In this document: piece after piece, positions 9,287-17,876 of the stretch | Numbering within the stretch: the first letter of the stretch is position 1 | How the letters are laid out: every line of letters begins with the position of its first letter | NCBI GenBank assembly: GCA_042218075.1 | Contig: JBDGRK010000018.1 | Location: forward strand, 50,224-114,223 | Source: Candidatus Nanohaloarchaea archaeon | GTDB lineage: Archaea; Nanohalarchaeota; Nanosalinia; Nanosalinales; Nanosalinaceae | DNA: 64,000 nucleotides | Direction of reading: 5' to 3' | Program-made: the position numbers and the translations under genes | Notes under the pieces: generated by a model | Databases searched by the model: none | What the model was told of the DNA's origin: nothing | Seen by the model: only the letters and a program-made list of their open reading frames with translations

Positions 9287-10338
9287 AAAACGATCACCCT
9301 TTTATCAGTCTCAACAGTTTCCCATTCGTGATTCTGTTTTTTTATAAGCCCTAGTTCCTCCAGACGATATAGGTTTTTGTACGCAGATTTCTTTCTGACA
9401 GAGAAATATTCAGCTATTTCACTCACTTTAAGCGGATTATCTCTAAGGAGATCGAGGTAATCTGACTTAACTTCAGAAATGATTATCGCATTTTGATCTT
9501 CTCTTATCCAGTATGTAGATCCCTCAGTTTTGTAGTTCATCGCTTTTCCTTCTTCCTTTAGAAGCATTAAGACATCGCATAACCGGGCCTGAGATCTATC
9601 AAATTTTTCAGCCAACTCTCTGGTTTGCCATGGCGTATCCAGAAGTTCGAGGACTTCTTCCTTTAATTGACCTTTCTGATAGTGTGTCTCCTGAAAGCTC
9701 TCATAAATTCTCCAAAACTTATTTCTCTTTCTTAGATGTAGTTTAACAAGATCTAAATCAGCAAATATGTCCCAGTTTCTCTTCCTAGTTATTACGTAGG
9801 ATCTGCTCTCGGCTTTGAAATTATAGTCCAATTCAAAATGATCTAACATAGTTTCTAAGAACTGGTTCTGCGCTCCTTGAGATATCCTTAATCTCCGACT
9901 ATTTCTGGCTCCTTCATAGATGCTTCCCTCACCAGCAAAGAAACCCTGAAGAATATATTGATACAGTTCAGAATCAGATTTTCCCTTTTCAACCGTATTC
10001 TTCCACTTTTTAACAAAATCAGTTGAAGCAAGCCGCAGCAGATAATATGTCTGAGTAGCTCTCTCATCAAAGTAAAATTTAGTTTTAGCTTTTTCCAGAG
10101 AGTTGTAATCAGATCCTTCATTAGGTCTATAGACATACAGTCTGAATCTATCAAGACCGGAAAAATCCCGAATAGTTCTATAGAATAGCTCAACTAGTTC
10201 AAAGCAATTATTTGTGAAAGTAACCTCTCTTTCAGTTTTTGTATCTCCTTCAGCTAACCGAAGTCCTATACATCTAGCTGAATCTTTTTTCATGCCTGAA
10301 AATTCTTTAAACAGCTTAAAAAGACTATTTAATATCAT
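9283..10338 (-). CDS. Free-standing LAGLIDADG endonuclease-like protein with two C-terminal winged HTH domains
   Basis: IGLRLAEGD and ILQGFFAGEGSI motifs; TRELAEKFDRSQ and VSEIAEYFSVRKK HTHs; AT-rich. Confidence 0.8.
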   Translation of the reverse strand: MILNSLFKLFKEFSGMKKDSARCIGLRLAEGDTKTEREVTFTNNCFELVELFYRTIRDFSGLDRFRLYVYRPNEGSDYNSLEKAKTKFYFDERATQTYYLLRLASTDFVKKWKNTVEKGKSDSELYQYILQGFFAGEGSIYEGARNSRRLRISQGAQNQFLETMLDHFELDYNFKAESRSYVITRKRNWDIFADLDLVKLHLRKRNKFWRIYESFQETHYQKGQLKEEVLELLDTPWQTRELAEKFDRSQARLCDVLMLLKEEGKAMNYKTEGSTYWIREDQNAIIISEVKSDYLDLLRDNPLKVSEIAEYFSVRKKSAYKNLYRLEELGLIKKQNHEWETVETDKRVIVL

Positions 10339-10479
10339 TCCACTAGTTCCGTGAGAAAAACTACTGTCTCAGAATAATGGCCTAACAAGTTCGAAAATGA
10401 TAGGAAGATGTCTTAGCTTTTAGTTCGGCCAAGTGATAGTTTAAAAGAATAAACACCGACTCTATTTTTTACACTCTAA

Positions 10480-10554
10480 AGCGGGGTGGAGCAGCCAGGA
10501 GTGCTCGTCGGGCTCATAACCCGGAGGTCCCAGGTTCAAATCCTGGCCCCGCTA
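10480..10554 (+). tRNA. tRNA-Met(CAU), initiator
   Basis: A1-U72, three G-C pairs at the base of the anticodon stem, CAT anticodon. Confidence 0.95.
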
Positions 10555-10565
10555 TTTCAATATAT

Positions 10566-11105
10566 TCATTTTACTTTAGGCTTGTTGCGGGCAATCTCGT
10601 AGAGTTTTGAATACCTGTCAATTAAAGAAACATTCAAATAATAAGATTCATCACAGTTCGGCCCTGTAATATTTGTATTAATATTTAGAGATTCCATCAT
10701 AAGTTTAACATCCTTTAAACCGAGTTTATTAACAGATTTAATCCTCATTCTATTGTATTTCTGTTCGAAATGTCCTTCATCTCTAATAAAGGCTCTTAAC
10801 CATTAGTATTTCTTTTCTTCAGGTAAATCTAGAATTTGCTCCGATATTCTCCAACAATTCGACAAAAATCTTTCAAATTTCTCCTGAATCTGTTTAACTA
10901 TTCCTACAGATTTCACCTTTACTTCATTCCGGTGTCGATACATATCAACACCGTACATTTCCTTCATATCTTTCCTGAACTCTCTCAGATTTGTCTCATC
11001 TTTATTTGTATATATTACAATTGCTCTTCTTTTTCTATCATCTTCATTAGTTTTGTAGAATGAAATATAACCGTCTCCACAAAGCCTTGCGTGTATTCCT
11101 ACCAT
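10566..11105 (-). pseudogene. LAGLIDADG endonuclease pseudogene (in-frame TAA at 10803-10805)
   Basis: HARLCGDG ... KKY*WLRAFIRDEG continues in frame into ORF 10566..10748. Confidence 0.75.
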
Positions 11106-11409
11106 TTATTCTTTCGTAAAGTAGAAAATGTAGATAAATTTTATAACTTGATTTTGCGGCTTTCCACTTGTTCCGGTAACTTTAAGCTATCTTCCAGGTA
11201 AAATAATCTATGAAACTTATATTTAGAACGAATTAAGAATGAAAATCATCTTTTCAATTGAAATAGCATTTTTAAGCATATTATAATGGCTATGAAATTG
11301 ATCTGAACATTCGAAGGATTGAGCGCTTGTATCCGTTAGTTTAAATAAAGGTTGTGATCGAGTATAATGTTGTAGGGGAATGATTCTTGAGGGGAGTGAA
11401 AAATGAAAA

Positions 11410-11776
11410 ATGATCGATCATGAAGAAGCTAGGAAACATCTTAATTGAGGTAATGCAGGATCTCTCCAGGATTTCTACAAACGGTTCAGCCTATGTTAAA
11501 GTCAACAATCACATATGCGACCCCGAGAGATTTGAGCAGCTATTCAATTATTTTTCCAGAGGGACGATACTGGAAAGACTTGAGATTGAAGTAGATTCTC
11601 TCGAAACCAAGATGGAGTGTGCGTGCGGTTTCGAAGAGAAAGTGGAGGAAGCCGACCACAACGGATACGATCGATGTCCTTCATGCGGAAGGTTCGCGGA
11701 CATCAAGCAGGAAAACTATCGGCTGGAGAAACCCAACCCGGAAAGAGCGGGGAGAAGGGATAGCATCCGTTTCTAG
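11410..11776 (+). CDS. HypA-like Zn-binding metallochaperone-family protein, apparent 1-nt frameshift near the 5' end
   Basis: CACG...CPSCG; MIDHEEAR from ATG 11410 joins NILIEV if one A of AGGAAAC is removed. Confidence 0.6.
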
Positions 11777-11811
11777 GGATTAAAGATTTCGGAAACCTGA
11801 TAGTAATTAAA

Positions 11812-12108
11812 ATGGTTCAGGCCTGGAGTCAGCAGGATCAAGATTCTGGAGGAATGACCGGTTCTAGATGGGAGGATTATGATGTTATTCTGGTGAAACT
11901 GGAAAACGGAAGCAACTTGGAAATAATAGAAGCTCTGGAACAGACTAGTATGCCTGAATACTTTATAGGGGAAGCGGAAACAGATGATTATGACAGCAGG
12001 GTGGCCCTGAAGGGAAGATACACGGATGATTTAATCGATGAACTTGCTGCCAGGGAAGAAGTTCTGGATGCGAGGGAATTCTCCCTGCTCGAGGGAAATA
12101 CTGTTTAA
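11812..12108 (+). CDS. Hypothetical protein
   Basis: Acidic 98-aa ORF. Confidence 0.6.
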   Translation: MVQAWSQQDQDSGGMTGSRWEDYDVILVKLENGSNLEIIEALEQTSMPEYFIGEAETDDYDSRVALKGRYTDDLIDELAAREEVLDAREFSLLEGNTV

Positions 12109-12149
12109 AAGAGTTGGAAAGCCCAATTTATTTATCCTGATGAAACTTT

Positions 12150-12330
12150 GGGCCGGTAGCTCAGCCTGGCAGAGCACTAGGCTCTTACGCCTCATAGTGC
12201 GGATGAGCATCGCATTCGATTATTCTGGGACTCGAGCCGAAGGGCGAGAGTGGACCGCAGTTGACCCAGAAGTCGAAGCGAACTGGCTTAGGATACCTAG
12301 CCGTCGCGGGTTCAAATCCCGTCCGGCCCA
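12150..12330 (+). tRNA. tRNA-Lys(CUU) with 107-nt intron at 37/38 (12188-12294)
   Basis: GGGCCGG/CCGGCCC acceptor, CTAGG/CCTAG anticodon stem, T-arm GCGGG-TTCAAAT-CCCGT; BHB central helix weak. Confidence 0.85.
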
Positions 12331-12418
12331 ACTCCAGTTGAATCGGCGCCCAAACCATGCTCCGCATCGCTTCCAGTTACTTCCAACTTGAAAAGTCAAG
12401 AGTTCCAATTTTTATCTC

Positions 12419-13288
12419 ATGAAAATTTACGTTACCGGAGGTACTGGCTTCGTAGGTTCACACTTAACCCGGAAACTTCTCGAACAGGATCATGAAGTGA
12501 CCGTTGGAGGATTGAATCCTGAAAATTCCGTACTGGAACTACCTGAAGAAATTGGAAGAGAAGGGATTGATGTTACTGATCCCGCCAGTCTTGACTTTGA
12601 GGGATACGACTGCGTAATTCATCTAGTGGCGCTCTCCCCGCTGAGGAAACCTCCTGCATCCTACAGAGAGGTTCACGTCGAGGGAACCAGAAATGTCGTG
12701 GAGGAGGCCGAGAGATCAGGAGTCGACAAATTGGTTCACGTGAGTGCTATAGGTGCGGATCCTGAAGCAGAAACAGAGTACCTCAGGACGAAAGGAAAGG
12801 CGCAGGAAATTGTCGAGGAATCTGAACTTTCTTGGAGGATTTTCAGGCCCTCTATAATGTTTGGGGAAGGCGGAGAATTCATGGAATTCGTATCTAAGCT
12901 TGCGACCCCTTTCTTCACTGTACAGCCAGGCAGAGACACCCTATTCCAGCCTCTCTACGTGGAAGATATGGTCGAAATGGTTGAAGGGTCTCTACAAGAT
13001 AAATACAATGGGAAGGTATTCGAGGTCGGAGGACCCGAGAAGCTTTCGCTTGGAAATATTGTAAGTATGGTTAAGAGGTCAGAGGGAAAGCCTGTGATGG
13101 TAGCGAAGCTTCCGGACACTTTCTTCAGGTTGGGAATGGAAGTCTCCGAGAGAATCCCGGTCTCACCTTTCGGAATGGACCAGTACAGGTCTCTCCAGTC
13201 TCAAAACATAGTGGAGAACAACGACGCAGAAAGACTCGGGAAGAAAGAATCCGAGTTAAAAACACTCCGAGAATATCTCGAAGTTTAA
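12419..13288 (+). CDS. NAD-dependent epimerase/dehydratase (NDUFA9-like SDR)
   Basis: VTGGTGFVG; YLRTK. Confidence 0.9.
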   Translation: MKIYVTGGTGFVGSHLTRKLLEQDHEVTVGGLNPENSVLELPEEIGREGIDVTDPASLDFEGYDCVIHLVALSPLRKPPASYREVHVEGTRNVVEEAERSGVDKLVHVSAIGADPEAETEYLRTKGKAQEIVEESELSWRIFRPSIMFGEGGEFMEFVSKLATPFFTVQPGRDTLFQPLYVEDMVEMVEGSLQDKYNGKVFEVGGPEKLSLGNIVSMVKRSEGKPVMVAKLPDTFFRLGMEVSERIPVSPFGMDQYRSLQSQNIVENNDAERLGKKESELKTLREYLEV

Positions 13289-15231
13289 AACCTTTTCCAC
13301 GGGAAACCGACAACCCTGGTCTCGTATTCTCCTCCCTCTCCAGCAGGATTAAAGCCGTATTCCCGCGACAATTCGATCAGTTCCTCGACAGATTCTTCAT
13401 CAAGCTTTCTGCCCACCCAGCTTTCATTTAGACCCCTCGCCGTTACATCAGTGATCTCTATCTTGAAGCCCTCATTCACAAGCCACTTCATGTAGTTCTC
13501 CTGGTCCTCGCTCCAGAGAGGCGTGAAAACTTTAAGCCCGAGTTCATCGGCTACTCTGTCAACCCTGTCTCTCTGGTAGGTAGAGGCCAGCGCTCCCGCG
13601 ACAACTCCCTCAACACTGTATTCTTCAACAGCTCTCCTGAGACCCTCTCTCAGATCTTCCAGCTCCTCCTCCTTGACTCCTTCAGTCTCCCGAACTATGA
13701 GAGGCAACCCCAGCTTATCTGCCTGGTTTTCTATCGCTGATTTGCTCTTCTTCGAATCAAACATGTAGCTGTCCTCATTTTCAGATCTCAGGGTCAGGAG
13801 GCAGGATATCTGATTGTTCCTCCTCCACATCCTGTAGAGAGCTGCGTTGGAATCCTTCCCGCCTGATGTCAGCGCAACCAACCGCTTGTTCGGTTCTTCT
13901 CTCATCGAGTTTAAGTATTCCTGCTTGTGTTCAAACCCTGCATTTTTTGCTAGCCTGGATATCGCCTTGTCGAAGTTGGAGCCGTACTGGGCCGCGGTCT
14001 TCTCCCTCCAGGCCACCTTCTCCGGAACACCAAGTTTCTCCGCTGCTTTCCTCAGCACGTACTTCCTGTACTCATTCTCGACCTTCATATCTTCAGGTAG
14101 ATTGAGTGCGTGCTCCACCAGATCATGGTCCAGGAAGGGAACTCTCAGCTCATAGCCGTTCCTGAAGCTGATCACGTTATCCCTGTAGAGATCCCTCTCG
14201 AACAATGATCGTAGACCAGAGAGACATTCCCTGTTCAGGTAACCCTGGTGTCGATGATAACCCGCGTATAACTGCTCAGAGCCTAAACCGCTGATCACCA
14301 CTTTCTCACTTCCATTCAGCGCAAGATGGAAAGGTAGGGCGACACCGTTCTTAACCACTGAAGTGGAGGAAATCCAGTCAGAGATTTGTGGAAGAGTATC
14401 CTCGACTTCCTCGAGATCTGACTCGTGAACCTCAAGATTGATATCCATTTCTTCCGCAACTTCTCTCGCCCACTCCACATCTCTAGGAGCATTGACGTTT
14501 CCATGCTGGATTCCCGAGGTGTAGGCTGTGAAATCTTTACCGAGTTCATGGAGCGATGCAGCTATCATGGTGGAGTCAAGTCCGCCAGAGAAAAGAAGAG
14601 CAAGATCCTGATCCGGAATTCTCTTTTCCACCGCTTCAAGAAATCTCTGCTTTACTTCTTCCGCTGCCTCTTCTAGCTGCTTATCCTCATCTACATCAAT
14701 TTCTAAAAACTCCCTATTCTCCAAACTGATCTCGCCTTCCTCAATATCATACTTCAGTACCTGCCTCGGATGAAGTTCTCTTATATCCTCAAAACCGGCC
14801 TTCTCAAGCGCCTTTTTCTCAGAGGCAAAGGCGAAAGGATTCTCAGAATACCAGACAGGGTTAACACCCAGGATATCCCGGGCAAGTACCAATTCTCCCT
14901 TTCTTAGATATGTAAAGGCGTAGATTCCGTCCAGTTCCTCAAGAGCATCTAGGCCTTTCCTTTCAAGTAACTTCAGGAGTAGTTCAGCATCGTTCGCCAC
15001 TTCCCATCCATACTTATTCGCCAGCTCTCTCCAGTTGTATATCTCGCAGTTGGCTGTTAGAGCACCATCCTCCTCCACAGGCTGTTCAACATGACCGACT
15101 ATAGAGTGTAGAACGTTTCCGAGCGTGAAGTCTTCTTTCTCCCTGAAATTAGAACTCTCTCCACGATGATCCAGGTAGTCAAGCAACTCCTCAACTACTT
15201 CCCTTTCATGACTTCCCGCTATCCCGCACAT
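13285..15231 (-). CDS. Asparagine synthase (glutamine-hydrolysing)-like / diphthine--ammonia ligase fusion
   Basis: MCGIAG Ntn start, FSGGLDS, RVPFLD; C-terminal SGGKDS, SYMF, PAGEGGEYET (Dph6). Confidence 0.9.
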   Translation of the reverse strand: MCGIAGSHEREVVEELLDYLDHRGESSNFREKEDFTLGNVLHSIVGHVEQPVEEDGALTANCEIYNWRELANKYGWEVANDAELLLKLLERKGLDALEELDGIYAFTYLRKGELVLARDILGVNPVWYSENPFAFASEKKALEKAGFEDIRELHPRQVLKYDIEEGEISLENREFLEIDVDEDKQLEEAAEEVKQRFLEAVEKRIPDQDLALLFSGGLDSTMIAASLHELGKDFTAYTSGIQHGNVNAPRDVEWAREVAEEMDINLEVHESDLEEVEDTLPQISDWISSTSVVKNGVALPFHLALNGSEKVVISGLGSEQLYAGYHRHQGYLNRECLSGLRSLFERDLYRDNVISFRNGYELRVPFLDHDLVEHALNLPEDMKVENEYRKYVLRKAAEKLGVPEKVAWREKTAAQYGSNFDKAISRLAKNAGFEHKQEYLNSMREEPNKRLVALTSGGKDSNAALYRMWRRNNQISCLLTLRSENEDSYMFDSKKSKSAIENQADKLGLPLIVRETEGVKEEELEDLREGLRRAVEEYSVEGVVAGALASTYQRDRVDRVADELGLKVFTPLWSEDQENYMKWLVNEGFKIEITDVTARGLNESWVGRKLDEESVEELIELSREYGFNPAGEGGEYETRVVGFPWKRF

Positions 15232-15404
15232 GGAAAAACAGTCTTTTCTGAAGTTTTTTGACTCTATTAAAAACTGGCTCTCCTTCCGATTCAGTACATC
15301 TTATTACCGGGATGAAGTGAGAGGTGAGTACCAGGATACATTATTGAGGTTTTCATAGAGAACGTAGAGATAAGTGAAACACTGGATTACAGCGATATCT
15401 ACAA

Positions 15405-16184
15405 TCAGACTGTGTAATCTGCTCCAAAGTCACTCAGTCCTTTCTGCGAATTGTCTACAGCTTCATAGGATGCGATAACGTCCTCCATCTCTACTTCCAC
15501 GAATTCGAGGTTCCGCTCCTCCAGGTAATCCAGGATGCTGTCCGTCATCTTGGGAGCCACGAGTATGCCTCGAACTTCTCCCTTGAACTCTTCCTCTATC
15601 TCCTCCACGTAGCGCTGCAACTGCAAAACAGTGTTGTAATCAGGATTCCTCTTCACCTCCACAACCACATATCTATTGTCTGAATCCCTTGCAAATACAT
15701 CGATGAAACCTGCTGGAGTCTCCCTTTCCCTCTCAATTACCTTCAGCTCTTCCTCGACTATCTCGGGATTATCTTCTATCGAATCGTGGATATCCACCTC
15801 GTGTCCAGCCACCTTGAGATCGGACTTGTCAACCAGCTGGGAGACAGTTACCAGTTCAATTTCTTCAAAGAATATCTCCACCAGCTCATCCGGATTTTTT
15901 CTCGAGGCCTCCATCAGCAGTCCTTCAGCTGTAACCTCCAGGTTCCAGGAATCAACCTCCGGCTGCCAGTTCTTGGGCTGGTAGTTTTCTGGGCCATGGA
16001 CAAGCAGAGCGGAATCCTGCTTCTTGATCACCAGTCTCTCGCCCCTGTCCAGCTTCGACTTCGCCCTTCCCTGGTAATTCACTGAGCAGAGACCATTCAC
16101 CTGGACAGTAAAATTGCGGTGTAGATACTCAGACAATACTGATTCCGCATCAGAAATACTAGGTTTCTCCACCAGTTCCTCCAT
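15405..16184 (-). CDS. nucS: Endonuclease NucS/EndoMS
   Basis: YQGRAKS, KQDSALLVH, PKNWQP, IDV..VEVKR, QLQRY. Confidence 0.93.
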   Translation of the reverse strand: MEELVEKPSISDAESVLSEYLHRNFTVQVNGLCSVNYQGRAKSKLDRGERLVIKKQDSALLVHGPENYQPKNWQPEVDSWNLEVTAEGLLMEASRKNPDELVEIFFEEIELVTVSQLVDKSDLKVAGHEVDIHDSIEDNPEIVEEELKVIERERETPAGFIDVFARDSDNRYVVVEVKRNPDYNTVLQLQRYVEEIEEEFKGEVRGILVAPKMTDSILDYLEERNLEFVEVEMEDVIASYEAVDNSQKGLSDFGADYTV

Positions 16185-16198
16185 GCACGAGCTTTAAA

Positions 16199-16654
16199 CT
16201 AAATTTTCAAGTAAACTTCTGCTCCAGCCTCATATTCTTCGGTATCTGACCGGATATATTTTCCCTCCATTCTCTCCAGTAATTCTTCTGCCCCCGGATT
16301 TAGCCTATCCATTATATCTTCATCCAGTTCAATCCTGGGAAAGAGGTCACTTTCTGAGATAATTACTTCTCCTTCTTCCTTGAGCACTTTATATGCTTCG
16401 CTCGCTGTTAAAATATAATCATCTACTTCTATTTCCTCTGAACTAGAATCACTATCTGAAATGCTAGTCGTTATATCTTTCAATAGAGCCTTTGTGGCCG
16501 CCTCATGTGATGCCGCTGACTTATGGATTGAAGTTGGATAGACCTCTAGGCGTTCATAATTTTCAAACTCTATCCCGTCCTCCTCGAATTTGTTTATAAA
16601 TTCAGATATATTCCAAAATAATCCATGAAGATGTAATAACTTCTGTTTCTTCAT
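16199..16654 (-). CDS. UPF0058-like protein with C-terminal extension
   Basis: MKKQKLLHLH...Y..LEVYPTSIHKS...H. Confidence 0.7.
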   Translation of the reverse strand: MKKQKLLHLHGLFWNISEFINKFEEDGIEFENYERLEVYPTSIHKSAASHEAATKALLKDITTSISDSDSSSEEIEVDDYILTASEAYKVLKEEGEVIISESDLFPRIELDEDIMDRLNPGAEELLERMEGKYIRSDTEEYEAGAEVYLKI

Positions 16655-16735
16655 GTATCGAGGCGGTAGCGTAAATTTCAAATATTTCACGGTAACTGGA
16701 AAGTTTTTAATTCCATAATATTGCAAGATAAATTT

Positions 16736-17410
16736 ATGGATTACAGCATAAAAGACCTGCCTCAGAGCGAGCGTCCAAGAGAGAAACTTGAGGAAAACGG
16801 AGTTTCCTCTCTCACAGAGGTTGAGCTTCTTTCACTTATACTTAGAACCGGAAGTTCAGGAAAGAATGTGAATGAACTGAGCGGAGAGATACTGAACTCA
16901 TACTCACTTTCCAGCATAGCTGATAGACCTGTTGAAGAACTTCAGAACTTTCATGGGGTTTCAGATGTGAAGGCCGGGCAGCTGAAGGCCCTAAGCGAGC
17001 TCGGACGGAGGATGCAGAAGGAAGAAAGGGAAGAGATAGAAAGCTTCTCAGATGTGAAACATAGGGTTGAAGATATGAAATTTTTGGATGAAGAAGTTCT
17101 CAGGGTTATCGTACTTAACTCTGGCAATCAACTTTTAAGGGAGGAACAGATCCAGGGGGATGTAGACTCACTCAGTTTTTCTCCCAGAAAAATACTGCGT
17201 CCAGCAGTCAAGGAAAACGGATCTGCGATAATTATCGCCCACAACCATCCCTCCGGAAGACCTGAACCGACAGAAAAGGATATCCAGACAACTCAAGAGT
17301 TGGTGAATGCGGCGGATTCTCTCGGGATCGATCTTCTGGACCACGTCATAGTCGGAGATAAGATACTGAGCATGAAGGCAGATTCGGATAGAGGGCTTTT
17401 CGAGCCCTGA
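16736..17410 (+). CDS. radC: RadC/JAB-domain protein
   Basis: ERPREKL, AHNHPSG...D, LLDHVIVG. Confidence 0.92.
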   Translation: MDYSIKDLPQSERPREKLEENGVSSLTEVELLSLILRTGSSGKNVNELSGEILNSYSLSSIADRPVEELQNFHGVSDVKAGQLKALSELGRRMQKEEREEIESFSDVKHRVEDMKFLDEEVLRVIVLNSGNQLLREEQIQGDVDSLSFSPRKILRPAVKENGSAIIIAHNHPSGRPEPTEKDIQTTQELVNAADSLGIDLLDHVIVGDKILSMKADSDRGLFEP

Positions 17411-17536
17411 AAACCAATCAATAGAACCCCATTAAATACGTTTCGGTTGATCCGGACCACCTATTTAAAATTTACCTGAACCCTTCATGATTGTAGCTTC
17501 TCGAAAATAGACTTCACCCGCGAGGATCATCAAAAC

Positions 17537-17773
17537 ATGGCAATGGACATAACCGACCACGAGGCAGTTCCCGAACACAGGAGACTGGAAGAAGACGAAG
17601 TTGAAGAAGTTCTGGAGCAGTACGATGCTGAAAAGGGAGACCTGCCGAAGATAGAGAGGACAGACGCGGCCCTGAAGCAGATGGAAGCTGAAGTCGGGGA
17701 CGTGATCGAAATCAGGAGGCATTCGCCGACCGCGGGGAAGACAACCTACTACAGGACGGTAATAGAGGCATAG
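17537..17773 (+). CDS. rpoH: RNA polymerase subunit H (Rpo5)
   Basis: VPEH, LPKI..D, GDVIEIRR.SPTAG...YYR. Confidence 0.95.
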   Translation: MAMDITDHEAVPEHRRLEEDEVEEVLEQYDAEKGDLPKIERTDAALKQMEAEVGDVIEIRRHSPTAGKTTYYRTVIEA

Positions 17774-17774
17774 T

Positions 17775-17876
17775 ATGAAAATCAGAGATTTTCTGGAACT
17801 CGAAAAACGCAGTTTTTCTGCGTTCACAAAGACGCGGAGCGTCTTTGAATCGAACAACCAAGAGGTAGTTCGATAA
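17775..17876 (+). repeat. Cluster of four REP-like hairpins between rpoH and rpoB'' forming a 33-aa bridging ORF
   Basis: GAAAATC-AGA-GATTTTC, CGAAAAAC-GCA-GTTTTTCT, CAAAGACGC-GGA-GCGTCTTTG, ATCGAAC..GTTCGAT. Confidence 0.7.

Noticed and set aside
12199-12285. Hammerhead ribozyme or C/D box RNA in the tRNA-Lys intron
   Set aside because: CGGATGAG...CGAAC only loosely resembles CUGAUGA...GAAA, stems I and III cannot be built, and there is no clean RUGAUGA/CUGA pair.
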